This document shows positions 18,695 through 29,734 of a stretch of DNA of 64,000 nucleotides, one piece after another. The notes beneath the pieces were generated by a model. It was not told the DNA's origin and did not search any database. It was given only the letters and a program-made list of their open reading frames with translations. A program made the translations under genes and the position numbers. The stretch spans positions 8,290 to 72,289 of the forward strand of contig CAZXHH010000002.1 in the NCBI GenBank assembly GCA_964639615.1. The letters are read 5' to 3'. The DNA is from Candidatus Woesearchaeota archaeon (GTDB taxonomy: Archaea; Nanobdellota; Nanobdellia; Pacearchaeales; GW2011-AR1). Within the stretch, counting starts at the first letter, position 1. Every line of letters starts with the position of its first letter.

Positions 18695-20314
18695 TTACTC
18701 CAAAGAATTCATGAAATCCCCTCGTTCGCCAGCATAATTCATCTTACCTTTTTTATCAGGTCTTGCAGCAATAACATCATCAATTCTCAAAATCATATTT
18801 GCAACCTCAGTTGCTGAATGAATTTCCTGACTTTTTATGCTGTATGGTTCGATTATTTTGGCTTCGAGAACATTTGAGACCTTATTTGTAAATAGATTTA
18901 ACCCAGCATTTTTATCTCCTGAATCGTGTTTTGCTCTTAATTCTGTTAAAACATCTATTGGGTCTAAGCCTGCATTTTCGGCAAGAGTTAAAGGAATAAA
19001 TTCTAAAGCATTTGCAAATTCTTCAACTGCAAGTCTCTCTCTACCAGATAAAGTCTGTCCAAAGTTTTTCAATTTTTTAGATAATTCCATTTCAATAGCT
19101 CCACCACCGGGAACAACTAATCCAGATTTCAAGACACATGAAACATCACCTAATCCATCCCTTATTGCTCTTTCAATTTCATCCATTACATGCTCGCTTC
19201 CGCCATGAATTAAAATTGTAACGGCCTTAGGATTTTTGCACTCTTTAATATAAGTAAAGTTTTCATCTCCTCTCTTCACATGCTCTACAATTTCAGCTGA
19301 ACCCAATTCAAATTGAGTTAAATCATTCAAATTGCTTACAATTTTTCCTCCAGTTGCTTTAGCAATTTTTTGCATATCACTTCTTGCAACTCTCCTACAA
19401 ACATAAATACCATTTCTACTTAATAAAAATCCTGCAAAATCATCTACTCCTTTCTGACAGAAAACAACATTTGCACCAGATTCTTTTACTAAACTCACAA
19501 TTTCTTTAATTGAATTCTCTTCTTGCAAAATAAATTTCTGTAATTGTTCAGGTGATGAAATTGAAACTTCTGTTTTCAATTCTAATGTTTTAAGTTCTAA
19601 AGGAATATCAATTAAAGCTATTCTTGCATTTTTAACAACTTGGGGCATATCCTGTGAAAATTTTCCCTTATCTATAACAATACCTGAAATTAATTCTGTA
19701 TCACCAATTCCATCTCCTTTTGCTTTCTCAATTTTTATACTCTCCAAATCAACATTTCCATTTTCCTGAATCTGTTTAACAGCCTGAACAAGAATAGTAG
19801 AAAGCTTTTCTTTTGAATCTTCAGCACTTTTTCCAGTCATAGCAGTCATTGCTATCTGCTTTAGTACAAAATCATCATCAAATCCAACTTTCATTGCTAA
19901 ATCTTTCAAAATATCCTGTGCTTTTTCAGCAGCAATCCTATATCCTTTTGCAATAACTGTTGGATGAATCTTACTATCAAGAAGTTTTTCAGCATTTTCA
20001 AGAAGTCTTCCTGCAATCATAACTGCTGAAGTTGTACCATCTCCTACTTCAGATTCCTGAGTTTTAGCAATCTCAACCATCATCTTTGCAGCAGGATGTT
20101 CAATTAACATCTCACTTAAGATTGTTGCGCCATCATTTGTAATTATAATATCATTTGTAGGAGAAACAAGCATTTTATCCATTCCTCTAGGACCGAGAGT
20201 TGTCTTAACAACCTCTGCAACCATTTTTGCTGCAGAAATATTATTTCTTTGAGCATCTTTTCCAATTAATCTTTGTATATCTTCTGGCATCAAAGTGATT
20301 GGTTTATCTGTCAT
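18695..20314 (-). CDS. ths: Thermosome (group II chaperonin) subunit
   Basis: [42 protein letters not shown]. Confidence 0.97.
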   Translation of the reverse strand: MTDKPITLMPEDIQRLIGKDAQRNNISAAKMVAEVVKTTLGPRGMDKMLVSPTNDIIITNDGATILSEMLIEHPAAKMMVEIAKTQESEVGDGTTSAVMIAGRLLENAEKLLDSKIHPTVIAKGYRIAAEKAQDILKDLAMKVGFDDDFVLKQIAMTAMTGKSAEDSKEKLSTILVQAVKQIQENGNVDLESIKIEKAKGDGIGDTELISGIVIDKGKFSQDMPQVVKNARIALIDIPLELKTLELKTEVSISSPEQLQKFILQEENSIKEIVSLVKESGANVVFCQKGVDDFAGFLLSRNGIYVCRRVARSDMQKIAKATGGKIVSNLNDLTQFELGSAEIVEHVKRGDENFTYIKECKNPKAVTILIHGGSEHVMDEIERAIRDGLGDVSCVLKSGLVVPGGGAIEMELSKKLKNFGQTLSGRERLAVEEFANALEFIPLTLAENAGLDPIDVLTELRAKHDSGDKNAGLNLFTNKVSNVLEAKIIEPYSIKSQEIHSATEVANMILRIDDVIAARPDKKGKMNYAGERGDFMNSLE

Positions 20315-20315
20315 T

Positions 20316-20597
20316 TTATTTTTTATAATTATCTTCGCTTGTTTTAAGTATTTTTCCTATAAGATTAGCATCCACTTTATCACTAAGTTCAACTCTTCTC
20401 AAAAACCCAAAACATTTTTTTGAGGAAATTTTAACTGCTCGAGTTTTTTCAAGGTCAAGATAAAAGATTATAGATTTTTGGGAAAAAAATCCCTCTTCTC
20501 CTTCAACTCCTGTTGATTGCTGATATAACAATTGAACTGCTCTGTCATATGCATTGTTCAAAATATAAAATTTTGTTTTGTATTCTAACTCTCCCAT
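20316..20597 (-). CDS. Small hypothetical protein
   Basis: 93-aa ORF 1 nt upstream of thermosome start. Confidence 0.6.
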   Translation of the reverse strand: MGELEYKTKFYILNNAYDRAVQLLYQQSTGVEGEEGFFSQKSIIFYLDLEKTRAVKISSKKCFGFLRRVELSDKVDANLIGKILKTSEDNYKK

Positions 20598-20714
20598 ATA
20601 ATCCTATTCAAAAATCTTTTATTTAAGCATTGTTGTTCTAAAAACCAATATTGTAAAATAATATATTCCTTGAGTAGTAACCAATCTTTAAAAGCAACAG
20701 AGAATTATAAAATT

Positions 20715-21287
20715 ATGAACAAGATACTCGTCTCAGACATTATGACGCGAGAACCTTTAGTCATAAACCCTGAAGCAACCCTTCTGGAATGTGCTAAAAG
20801 AATGGTTCAAAAAAAAACAGGAAGTCTTCTATTAGTCAATTCTAAGAAACTAATCGGAATAATATCTACAAGCGATATTCTATGGGCACTAGTTAAACAA
20901 TCAAAAGAAGAACTATCAAAAATACGCGCAATAGACATTTCACCAAGAAAGATAGCAGTCATTCGCCCTTCTGCAACTCTTGATGAAGCAATAAAAAAGA
21001 TGAAAGATTCAAAATTTGAAAGATTGCCTGTAGTGGAAAACAATGAATTAGTAGGAATTATTACAATTAGAGATATTTTAAGCTTTAATCCAGAAGTTTA
21101 TCCTGAATTGGAAGAATTTGCAGGAATAAGAGAAGAATCAAAAAAATTAAAGTTAGTTCAAAAAGCTAAAGAAAGGAATTTTGAAGAATTATCAAGTCAA
21201 GAAGGAATATGTGAAGAGTGCGGAAATCATGAAATTTTGTATAGGCATGAAGGCATGCTTTTATGTGAATCCTGCAGAGATTCTTAA
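20715..21287 (+). CDS. CBS-domain pair protein with C-terminal Zn ribbon
   Basis: VSDIMTR, LIGIISTSDI, RLPVVENNELVGIITIRDI; GICEECG...LCESC; start re-called to ATG 20715. Confidence 0.9.
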   Translation: MNKILVSDIMTREPLVINPEATLLECAKRMVQKKTGSLLLVNSKKLIGIISTSDILWALVKQSKEELSKIRAIDISPRKIAVIRPSATLDEAIKKMKDSKFERLPVVENNELVGIITIRDILSFNPEVYPELEEFAGIREESKKLKLVQKAKERNFEELSSQEGICEECGNHEILYRHEGMLLCESCRDS

Positions 21288-21425
21288 TAAAAAATTTATC
21301 ATTATTTTACTCATTTTTCAGCCAATTTTTAATTTTATCGACGACAAAACTCCAGAAAGGTTTATAAAAGGACTTTGCTTTTCTATCTCATAATCACAAA
21401 AAAATAGGTCAATCTTAAGGTAAAA

Positions 21426-23312
21426 ATGCCAGAAAAAAGTTATACAGCTGAAGATATTAAAGTATTGGAAGGCTTAGAAGGAGTCAGAAAAAGGCCTGCA
21501 ATGTATATTGGTTCTACAGGTAAAGATGGTTTACACCATCTAGTTTATGAGGTAGTAGACAACTCCGTTGATGAAGCTCTAGGAGGATTTTGTTCAAAAA
21601 TAACAGTCACACTAAATAAAGACGGTTCAGTTACAGTGGATGATGATGGAAGAGGTATTCCAGTAGACATTCATCCCCAATTAAAAATTCCTGCTGTTCA
21701 AGTTGCACTTACAAAATTGCATGCAGGGGGAAAATTTGATAAAAAATCTTATCAGATTTCTGGAGGTTTACACGGAGTAGGTGTTTCTTGTGTAAATGCT
21801 CTATCAAAAAAATTTATTGTTGAAGTAAAAAGAGATGGAAAAATACACCAGCAAGAATATTCGAGAGGGGATCCTCAAACAAAATTAAAAGTAATCGGAA
21901 ATTCTGAAAAGACTGGAACAAAAATTACATTCTGGCCAGATGAACAAATATTCTCAACAACAACTTTTGATTTCAAAGTTCTTGAAACAAGATTTAGGGA
22001 AATAACTTTCTTAAATGCAGGATTAAAAATTGAATTAATAGATAATATGAAGGAAACAAGTCAGGAATTTTTCTCTTCAGGAGGATTAATTGAGTTCGTA
22101 AAATGGATAAACAAATCAAAAGAGGTTCTACACAAACCAATTTACTTCAAAAGAGAGATGGAAAATGGGGCAATTGAAATTTCAATTCAGTATAATTCAA
22201 GCTATCAAGATAATATTTTTGGTTTTGTAAATACAATTAACACTGTTGAAGGTGGAACTCATATCTCTGGTTTCAAGACAGCACTAACAAGAGTAATTAA
22301 TGATTATGCAAAGAAAAAAGAATTGTTAAAAAACGATACTTTTTCTGGAGACGATGTAAGAGAAGGTTTAACAGCAATAGTAAGTGTAAAACTTGCAGAA
22401 CCCCAATTTGAAGGACAAACTAAAACAAAATTAGGTAATTCTGAAATTAAAGGATTTGTTGATTCAATTGTAACCTCTGCACTAACAGAATATTTTGAAG
22501 AAAATCCTCAGATAGCAAAAAAAATTGCTGAAAAATCTTTAGAAGCTGCTAAAGCTAGACTTGCTGCAAAAAAAGCTAAAGAATTAGTAAGAAGAAAAAA
22601 TGCATTCTCACTTGGAGGATTACCTGGAAAACTTGCAGATTGCTCTGATAAAAAATCAGAAGATACAGAATTATATTTAGTAGAAGGGGAATCAGCTGGA
22701 GGCAGTGCAAAAATGGCAAGAAACAAAGAAATGCAAGCTATTCTTCCTCTTAGAGGTAAAATCCTTAATGTTGAAAAAGCAAATCCATCAAAAGCTCTTT
22801 CAAGTGAAGAAATTACAAATATGATTACAGTTATAGGAACTGGAGTTGGAGAACAATTTGATTCTGAAAAAATAAGATATGGAAAAATAGTAATGATGAC
22901 TGATGCTGATGTAGATGGAGAACACATCAAAACTCTTTTATTGACTTTCTTTTTCAGATTTATGCCACAGCTAATAGAAAAAGGACACATTTATGCTGCT
23001 ATGCCTCCATTATATAGAATAAGAAAAGGCCAAAAAGATATTTATGTTTACAGTGATGAAGAATTAAAAAAAACTACTGCTGAATTAGGGGTTACTGAAG
23101 GGGGAGTTACACGTTTCAAAGGTTTAGGAGAGATGAATTCTACTCAGCTATGGGAAACTACTATGAATCCTAAAACAAGAAAGATTAAGAGAATATTTAT
23201 TGAAGATGCAATTGAAGCAGACAGAATGTTTGCAATGTTAATGGGAGACGATGTCCAAGCAAGAAAAGATTTTATTCAAGAAAATGCAAAGGAAGCTAAT
23301 TTAGATGTTTAA
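21426..23312 (+). CDS. gyrB: DNA gyrase subunit B
   Basis: VRKRPAMYIG, EVVDNSVDE, DDGRGIP, LHAGGKF, VEGESAGG, PLRGKILN, MTDADVDG, RFKGLGEM. Confidence 0.97.
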   Translation: MPEKSYTAEDIKVLEGLEGVRKRPAMYIGSTGKDGLHHLVYEVVDNSVDEALGGFCSKITVTLNKDGSVTVDDDGRGIPVDIHPQLKIPAVQVALTKLHAGGKFDKKSYQISGGLHGVGVSCVNALSKKFIVEVKRDGKIHQQEYSRGDPQTKLKVIGNSEKTGTKITFWPDEQIFSTTTFDFKVLETRFREITFLNAGLKIELIDNMKETSQEFFSSGGLIEFVKWINKSKEVLHKPIYFKREMENGAIEISIQYNSSYQDNIFGFVNTINTVEGGTHISGFKTALTRVINDYAKKKELLKNDTFSGDDVREGLTAIVSVKLAEPQFEGQTKTKLGNSEIKGFVDSIVTSALTEYFEENPQIAKKIAEKSLEAAKARLAAKKAKELVRRKNAFSLGGLPGKLADCSDKKSEDTELYLVEGESAGGSAKMARNKEMQAILPLRGKILNVEKANPSKALSSEEITNMITVIGTGVGEQFDSEKIRYGKIVMMTDADVDGEHIKTLLLTFFFRFMPQLIEKGHIYAAMPPLYRIRKGQKDIYVYSDEELKKTTAELGVTEGGVTRFKGLGEMNSTQLWETTMNPKTRKIKRIFIEDAIEADRMFAMLMGDDVQARKDFIQENAKEANLDV

Positions 23313-23313
23313 A

Positions 23314-23898
23314 ATGTTACCAGAAAGTTTTTTTGAAAAATTGAAAGAGAAAGTAAAAAAAGAAGTTGGAGAAAAAGGAAGTCATGACATGGGTCATATT
23401 GAAAGAGTTTACAAATTATCAATTTTAATTTCTAAAGATTTAAACGTAGATATGGATGTGATAAGAGCAGCTGCACTTTTCCATGACATTGCAAAACATA
23501 AAGAAAAGAAAAAAAAGAAGGATCATGCAATGATGGGTGCAAAAGAAGCACTAAAAATTTTGAAAAGAACTGAATTCCCAAAAGAAAAACTAAAGATAGT
23601 AGAAAAATGCATTTTACTTCATAATAAATCTGAAGACATTCCAGAATTAAAAGAAGTTAGAGTATTAAAAGAAGCAGACGGATTAGAATCTATGGGAGCA
23701 ATAGGCATTGCAAGACATTTTGCATATAATGGGGATGAAGAAGATTGGAATAATTCAAACGTGTTAAATGAACTAACAAGAAACTTAAACTTAAATTACT
23801 TTAAGTTACCTATAGCAAAAGAATATGCACAAAGAAGAATTGCAATTACACAATCTTTTTGCACTGAATTTAAGAAGGAGTTTAATTTAACAATATAA
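23314..23898 (+). CDS. HD-domain metal-dependent phosphohydrolase
   Basis: HDMGHIERV, AALFHDI, DHA, EAD.LE.MGAIGIAR; start re-called to ATG 1 nt after gyrB stop. Confidence 0.88.
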   Translation: MLPESFFEKLKEKVKKEVGEKGSHDMGHIERVYKLSILISKDLNVDMDVIRAAALFHDIAKHKEKKKKKDHAMMGAKEALKILKRTEFPKEKLKIVEKCILLHNKSEDIPELKEVRVLKEADGLESMGAIGIARHFAYNGDEEDWNNSNVLNELTRNLNLNYFKLPIAKEYAQRRIAITQSFCTEFKKEFNLTI

Positions 23899-23899
23899 A

Positions 23900-24223
23900 A
23901 TGGCAAAAAAAGGAAAATTATCAACACCAGAATGGATTTTAGAAGGTTATGATAGCCCAGCAGAATATGCAAAAGCACATGGTGAAAAAGCTCCAGCTGA
24001 AAAAGAAAAAGGAAAAACATTCAAAATAAAGATATGTCCAAAATGTGGAAGTTACGATGTTGCAATTAAATTAAGCAATATGGACTTTGAAGAAGAAAGC
24101 AATACAGGAAAGCAGTGGGAATGTAAAAAATGCAAATGGGTTGGAGAAACTGTAAAAGAAAAGGCACTTAGTGAAGATGATTTCATGAAATATTTAGATG
24201 AAAAAGGGGAGGAAGTTGCATAA
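23900..24223 (+). CDS. Zn-ribbon protein
   Basis: CPKC...WECKKC. Confidence 0.7.
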   Translation: MAKKGKLSTPEWILEGYDSPAEYAKAHGEKAPAEKEKGKTFKIKICPKCGSYDVAIKLSNMDFEEESNTGKQWECKKCKWVGETVKEKALSEDDFMKYLDEKGEEVA

Positions 24224-24528
24224 TGCCAAAAGCACCAATAGAATTTGAATATGTAGATGATGATTCTGATGATGAAGAATTAGAGGAAGATGAAAACGAA
24301 GAATCAGATGTAGAAGTAGAAACAACTTCAGAAGAATACGAACAAATTGAATTTTCTATATCAGATGAAGAAATTGATGAATGGATAAATGAGTTAAAGA
24401 AATTAAAAAGAGAAAAAGAGCCTGTTCACTTACATGTTGGAGAAGATTTAGTATTAAAAATAGATTATTTTGACGAAGATGAAGAATCTGATGATGAGGA
24501 AGAAGACGAAGAGGAGGATGAAGATTAA
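24223..24528 (+). CDS. Highly acidic small protein
   Basis: 50 of 101 residues D/E by hand count; TAATG overlap upstream, abuts gyrA start. Confidence 0.7.
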   Translation: MPKAPIEFEYVDDDSDDEELEEDENEESDVEVETTSEEYEQIEFSISDEEIDEWINELKKLKREKEPVHLHVGEDLVLKIDYFDEDEESDDEEEDEEEDED

Positions 24529-26967
24529 ATGACACCAAATATTGACCCAAAAGTTGAAGAAGATTTGAAAAAAGGAATTATCCCAACAGAAGTTTCTGAA
24601 GAAATGAAAAAATCTTATCTTGATTATGCAATGAGTGTTATTGTTTCAAGAGCTATTCCTGCAATTGAAGATGGTATGAAACCAGTTCAAAGAAGAATTT
24701 TGTATTCGATGCATCAAATGGGATTAAAACCAAATACTCCTACAAAAAAATCAGCAAGAATTGTCGGAGATGTTATTGGTAAATACCACCCTCACGGAGA
24801 TGTTGCAGTTTATGATGCAATGGTAAGAATGGCTCAAGATTTCTCTTTAAGATATCCTTTAGTTTATGGTCAGGGTAACTTTGGTTCAATAGATGGAGAC
24901 CCTCCAGCTGCTTACAGATATACAGAAGCTAAGCTAATGCCAATTACTCAAGAGTTAATTGAAGATTTAGAAAAAGAAACAGTTGACTTTGTTCCTAATT
25001 TTGATAATTCATTAAAAGAACCTGAATTACTTCCAGGAAAACTTCCTGCATTAATGTTAAACGGTGCATCGGGTATAGCTGTAGGTATGGCAACAAATAT
25101 TCCCCCACATAATCTTGTAGAAGTATGTGATGCAATTAATGCTTATATAAAAAATCCAGAAATAACATTCGAACAAATAGTTGAAATAATTACTGGCCCA
25201 GATTTTCCAACTGGGGGAAGTGTTCAAGGAGACATGCTTGAATTGTATAAAACTGGAAGAGGAAGATTGGTAATGAGAGGTAAAACCTCTACTGAAACAG
25301 TAAAGAACAGAGAAGCTGTTGTTATAACTGAAATTCCATATATGTTAAATAAATCTATGTTAGTTGAACAGATTGCACAATTAGTTTCTGAAAAGAAGAT
25401 AAAAGATGTTTCCGATTTAAGAGATGAATCTTCTAAAGGAAAAACAAGAATTGTTCTTGAATTAAAAAAAGAAGGAGATCCTAAATTCATAATCAATTCA
25501 TTATACAAATACACAAGACTTCAGGATTCTTTCAATGTTAATTTTTTAGCTCTAGAAAATGGAAGTCCTAAAGTAATGAATATCAAAGAAGTTCTTGATG
25601 CTTATGTAAGATACAGAAAAACAATTATTACAAAGAGAACTAAATTTGAATTAAAGAAAGCAAAAGAAAGACAAGAAATTGTTGAAGGATTATTAATTGC
25701 ATTGAAAGACATTGACGGAGTTATTAATTTAATTAAAAAATCAAAGACTGCTGCTGAAGCTTCAGAAGCATTGATGAATAAGTACAAATTATCAAAAAAA
25801 CAGACTCAAGCAATTCTAGAAACTAAATTACAGCAATTAACTTCACTAGAAGTTGAAAAATTAAAGAATGAAGCAATTGAATTAAAAGAAAAAATAAAGG
25901 AACTTGAGATAATTCTTGGAGATATTAAAGAAGTTCTTAAGATAATTACAAAAGAAGTAAACGAAATAAAGAAGGAATATGGTGATGAAAGAAAAACTCA
26001 AATATTAAAGAGCATTAAAGAAATTAAAGAAAAGGACTTGATACAGGAAAAAGATGTAGTAATTACAATAACTGATAAAGGTTATTGTAAAAGAATGGAT
26101 GTTCAGGCTTACAAAGAACAAAATAGAGGGGGAAGAGGAGTAATTGGAAGTGATTTGGCTACAGGAGACTTTGTAAATCAATTAATAACTTGCTCAACAC
26201 ACGATTATCTAATGTTCTTCACAAGCAGAGGAAGAGTTTTATGGCTTAAAGCATACGACATTCCTGTTGCAGAAAGATACAGTAAAGGAAAAGCATTAAT
26301 CAATTTACTTGGATTAAAAGATGAAAAGATAACAAATGTAATTTCAGTTAAGAATTTTGAAGATGGATTATTCATGGCAACAAAGAAAGGAGTTGTCAAG
26401 AAAACGCCTTTAAGCAACTTCTCTAATCCAAGAGCATCTGGAATAAGAGCACTTAATTTACCAAATGATAATTCGGACTTCTTAATTGGAGTTGAAGTAG
26501 TAAAGAAAGGACAAGAAGTTCTTTTGGCTACAAAGCACGGTAAAGCAATTAGATTCAATTCAGATGATGTAAGAGATATGGGAAGATCAAGTTATGGTGT
26601 TACAGGGATGAAATTAGATGCAGGAGATGAAGTTGTAAGCCTTGAAATTTTAGATACTCCAGCAATTTTAACAATAACTGAAAAAGGATACGGTAAAAGA
26701 ACTGAAGTTCAGGATTACAGAAAAACAGCAAGAGCAGGTAAAGGAGTAATTAATGTAAAGATAGGAGATAAAACAGGAAATGTTGTTACAACTGTTTCAG
26801 TTAATGATAAGGACAATATAATTATTACAACAGCTAAGGGAATGGTAATAAGAACTTCTCTTGAAAGTATTAGAGTAATGGGACGTTCAGCACAGGGAGT
26901 TAGAATTGTAAAGCTCCATGAAGGAGATTACGTAACAGATTTAGTAAGAGTAGTTGAAGAGATTTAA
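24529..26967 (+). CDS. gyrA: DNA gyrase subunit A
   Basis: [17 protein letters not shown], catalytic AAYRYTE, GyrA-box QNRGGRG, C-terminal pinwheel repeats. Confidence 0.97.
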   Translation: MTPNIDPKVEEDLKKGIIPTEVSEEMKKSYLDYAMSVIVSRAIPAIEDGMKPVQRRILYSMHQMGLKPNTPTKKSARIVGDVIGKYHPHGDVAVYDAMVRMAQDFSLRYPLVYGQGNFGSIDGDPPAAYRYTEAKLMPITQELIEDLEKETVDFVPNFDNSLKEPELLPGKLPALMLNGASGIAVGMATNIPPHNLVEVCDAINAYIKNPEITFEQIVEIITGPDFPTGGSVQGDMLELYKTGRGRLVMRGKTSTETVKNREAVVITEIPYMLNKSMLVEQIAQLVSEKKIKDVSDLRDESSKGKTRIVLELKKEGDPKFIINSLYKYTRLQDSFNVNFLALENGSPKVMNIKEVLDAYVRYRKTIITKRTKFELKKAKERQEIVEGLLIALKDIDGVINLIKKSKTAAEASEALMNKYKLSKKQTQAILETKLQQLTSLEVEKLKNEAIELKEKIKELEIILGDIKEVLKIITKEVNEIKKEYGDERKTQILKSIKEIKEKDLIQEKDVVITITDKGYCKRMDVQAYKEQNRGGRGVIGSDLATGDFVNQLITCSTHDYLMFFTSRGRVLWLKAYDIPVAERYSKGKALINLLGLKDEKITNVISVKNFEDGLFMATKKGVVKKTPLSNFSNPRASGIRALNLPNDNSDFLIGVEVVKKGQEVLLATKHGKAIRFNSDDVRDMGRSSYGVTGMKLDAGDEVVSLEILDTPAILTITEKGYGKRTEVQDYRKTARAGKGVINVKIGDKTGNVVTTVSVNDKDNIIITTAKGMVIRTSLESIRVMGRSAQGVRIVKLHEGDYVTDLVRVVEEI

Positions 26968-26994
26968 AAATAAGAATTAGAAAAATTATTATAA

Positions 26995-28908
26995 TTAGAT
27001 ATCTATTTTTTCATCTTCTAACTTTTTTAAAATGTACTTATGAAGACCTTCTTTTTTCACAGCACCAACATCAATAAGATGTTTTAATCCAAATTTCCAA
27101 CCTTCATTTTTTATTTTTAATTCTCTTACTTTATTCTTGTGTACAGCCCACTCCAAGTCAATTAAATTCCACATTTCATTATTTAATTTATTGCCATCTA
27201 TATGATGTATTTCATTTTTCTTTGGGGTATCTGGAAATTTTTCTAAGTATAATTTTCTATGATAAGCTTTATCAGAATTATTCCAAACAATATAACCATC
27301 ATTATTTATATGTGCTCTTCCTTCTCCACAATAATTTTTTATTGCTAACTCCTCATTTCTTTTTTGTTCTCTTTCAATCTCATCATTTATTTGCTTTAAA
27401 GAATCTGCTTCATCTTTTCTCTTTTTTAATTCTTCAATTTCTATATTCTTTTCTATGATTAATCTATGAAATTTATCTTCATCAATCAAAAAAGCATTCT
27501 CTAAATCTCTTATTCTATCTTGATATTCATCCTTCCTCTTTTCTATTTCTTTATTAATCCTAATCTCTGCTTCTTTATTTGCTTTCTTTTTTTTGTCTTC
27601 TAACTTTTTAATTTCAAGATTTTCTTTTTCTTTCAATTTTTCTAAGTGTATATCAAACTCTTTTTGTTTATCAGAAAAATTCTTTTTTAAACGTTCTTTC
27701 ATCTTCTTTAAATTATTAATTTCTTCTGAGTTTTCTTTTATCTCATTGTTCAAGCTTTCCTTCTCTTTTTTTGCTTCATCCCTCTTTTTTTCTTCACCTT
27801 TCCTTTCTTCAATTGTTGTCCACAACTTATACTTTCCAAAATATAATAGACTAATTAAAAAAATAATAAAAACAAAAACCCAAAAGTAAGTCATTTGTTT
27901 AATACTTGGTTTACAAACTCCCTCTTTTCCTCTCCCAGTCTTACACTCTTGAATACAAAAATATTCTTGCCCTGCTTTCTTCGAAGAAACATTTCTACAT
28001 ATTCCTTCACAAGGCATTGTTCCATTAACGCACTCCCAATTACAAGAATAAGGTTGCCCATCATTTTTAATTGAAGGAAGTAAACAAGAATTATTGCATA
28101 TTTGTTCTCCATTTAAACAACTACCATTCCAATCTCCACAAATTCGTGCAGGATTACAATCTCCAAAAGCACAATCATCATCTATTGAGCAAGGCAAACC
28201 ATTTTTTAGAGCACATACCCCGAAAACATTTTTATAACCAGTACTACATTCTTCAATCCTACATATAGGAGTCTCTCCTAAATTTTTTGAATTTACAATA
28301 ACGCACCTAGTATTATCTGGACATTGAAGTTCATTTTGAGGACAATTACAATTATTCTTATAGCATTTATCTGTTTTTGAACAATTACCTCTTACACAGT
28401 GTTCTCCCCCACATTGCAATGAATCATTACAAGCTTCACCATCATTTAGACAAGTATAATTTCCACATATCTTACAAGTATAATTGTCAATACTAGTCAA
28501 TTCTTTTTTAGCTTCCAAAAATGGAGGGCTATTGACAACAAAATAAATGCTTGATGAATCTAGTCCAGGAGTTGAAGTATCTGAAACAGTACAATATCCA
28601 TTTGGAGAGATAATCGGACAATCAAAAGAATGAAGTGCCCCATAAAATAAATATTTTACAGTTACATTAATATCTAAAGTATATCTGTTGTATACTTTGA
28701 AAGACATAGGATTTGAACTAAAAAAACCAGTACTCCCTTGAATAATATCTCTAATTTCTAAAGCATCATAATCTAGTTTTGAATTATTTTCATAAAAAAG
28801 ATTTCTATATTCTTCATATTGATTATTATCTTTATACTGACAATCCAAAGAATATACCGAATTACATAAAATTATAGAAAAGAATAAAAGAAATGCCCAT
28901 TTCTTCAT
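26995..28908 (-). CDS. Membrane protein: signal peptide, Cys-rich repeats, TM, coiled coil, C-terminal HNH endonuclease
   Basis: Cys-rich modules (e.g. GEACNDSLQCGGEHCVRGNC); TM YFWVFVFIIFLISLLYF; K/E coiled coil; YHR...EIHHIDGNKLNNEMWNL. Confidence 0.8.
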   Translation of the reverse strand: MKKWAFLLFFSIILCNSVYSLDCQYKDNNQYEEYRNLFYENNSKLDYDALEIRDIIQGSTGFFSSNPMSFKVYNRYTLDINVTVKYLFYGALHSFDCPIISPNGYCTVSDTSTPGLDSSSIYFVVNSPPFLEAKKELTSIDNYTCKICGNYTCLNDGEACNDSLQCGGEHCVRGNCSKTDKCYKNNCNCPQNELQCPDNTRCVIVNSKNLGETPICRIEECSTGYKNVFGVCALKNGLPCSIDDDCAFGDCNPARICGDWNGSCLNGEQICNNSCLLPSIKNDGQPYSCNWECVNGTMPCEGICRNVSSKKAGQEYFCIQECKTGRGKEGVCKPSIKQMTYFWVFVFIIFLISLLYFGKYKLWTTIEERKGEEKKRDEAKKEKESLNNEIKENSEEINNLKKMKERLKKNFSDKQKEFDIHLEKLKEKENLEIKKLEDKKKKANKEAEIRINKEIEKRKDEYQDRIRDLENAFLIDEDKFHRLIIEKNIEIEELKKRKDEADSLKQINDEIEREQKRNEELAIKNYCGEGRAHINNDGYIVWNNSDKAYHRKLYLEKFPDTPKKNEIHHIDGNKLNNEMWNLIDLEWAVHKNKVRELKIKNEGWKFGLKHLIDVGAVKKEGLHKYILKKLEDEKIDI

Positions 28909-28946
28909 AAAATTTAATGATATTAAAGCCTTTAAATTTAACTATC

Positions 28947-29213
28947 TCACAAATTTCTCGATTTCATATACGCCTTGAAAGCTTCCTTATTCTCTTTATC
29001 TTTTTCATCAATATCTTTCTTAACATGTTTATACTTGGATTTCAAAGTTTTATATCTTGTATATTGAGCTAATGAACCAAGATAATCTCTTTTCTTATTA
29101 ACATATCCGTAAACTTTTTGTCCTTGTATATCAAAAGGGGCATTCCCTTCAAATGTTTCTGCTAATTTTTCAAGTTCTCCAAGTTCTACATTTTTTTCAG
29201 ACGTATTTCGCAT
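28947..29213 (-). CDS. Small hypothetical protein
   Basis: 88-aa ORF with TTTAAA ~27 nt upstream. Confidence 0.6.
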   Translation of the reverse strand: MRNTSEKNVELGELEKLAETFEGNAPFDIQGQKVYGYVNKKRDYLGSLAQYTRYKTLKSKYKHVKKDIDEKDKENKEAFKAYMKSRNL

Positions 29214-29264
29214 TCTACTAAAAGTTATTGATGTTTTTTAAAAATTTTGTATATTTCTGTTGCA

Positions 29265-29432
29265 CTATCTTATCAAACTAAGAGCTTTAGCTTTTTCCAT
29301 CCTATGATGGTGCCTTCTTTTCTGTCTTTGTATTTCAGATACAATCCAAATAACAAGAAATATTACTAAACCTGATAAAAGAATTGCAATGTAAGAAAGT
29401 GCATTCAAATGAATTCCTAAATAATCTACCAT
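29265..29432 (-). CDS. Small single-TM protein (55 aa, not in ORF track)
   Basis: MVDYLGIHLNALSYIAILLSGLVIFLVIWIVSEIQRQKRRHHHRMEKAKALSLIR; TATA-like element upstream. Confidence 0.6.
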   Translation of the reverse strand: MVDYLGIHLNALSYIAILLSGLVIFLVIWIVSEIQRQKRRHHHRMEKAKALSLIR

Positions 29433-29477
29433 CTCAAATAAATAAAATTTACCTTTTTATTAATTATTATACTGTAA

Positions 29478-29675
29478 TTATTCCTTTTCTTTATATACAG
29501 AAAAAGCATATTTTTTATCTTCAGGAGAGTATTTTAAATGAATAAGATAGTTTTCTTTAACATCTTTTAGATTGAGATTATCCAAATTTATACTTCCTTG
29601 AAAATTCCCTCCAACATGCCCCTCAGCTACAGCACGCTCAAGTTCAAATTTTTTTAACAATTTATTCTTCTTCAT
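29478..29675 (-). CDS. Small hypothetical protein
   Basis: 65-aa ORF with TTTAAA upstream. Confidence 0.55.
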   Translation of the reverse strand: MKKNKLLKKFELERAVAEGHVGGNFQGSINLDNLNLKDVKENYLIHLKYSPEDKKYAFSVYKEKE

Positions 29676-29734
29676 AGACTAAAAAATAAAAATTCATTTT
29701 TAAAAATTATTGTGCAAAAAGTAATCTATTAGCG

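Noticed and set aside
21426..26967. Bacterial contamination suggested by gyrase, YgiQ and DEAD-box genes
   Set aside because: Interleaved with archaeal-specific genes in the same codon style and with TATA promoters; gyrase is known in several archaeal lineages including DPANN.
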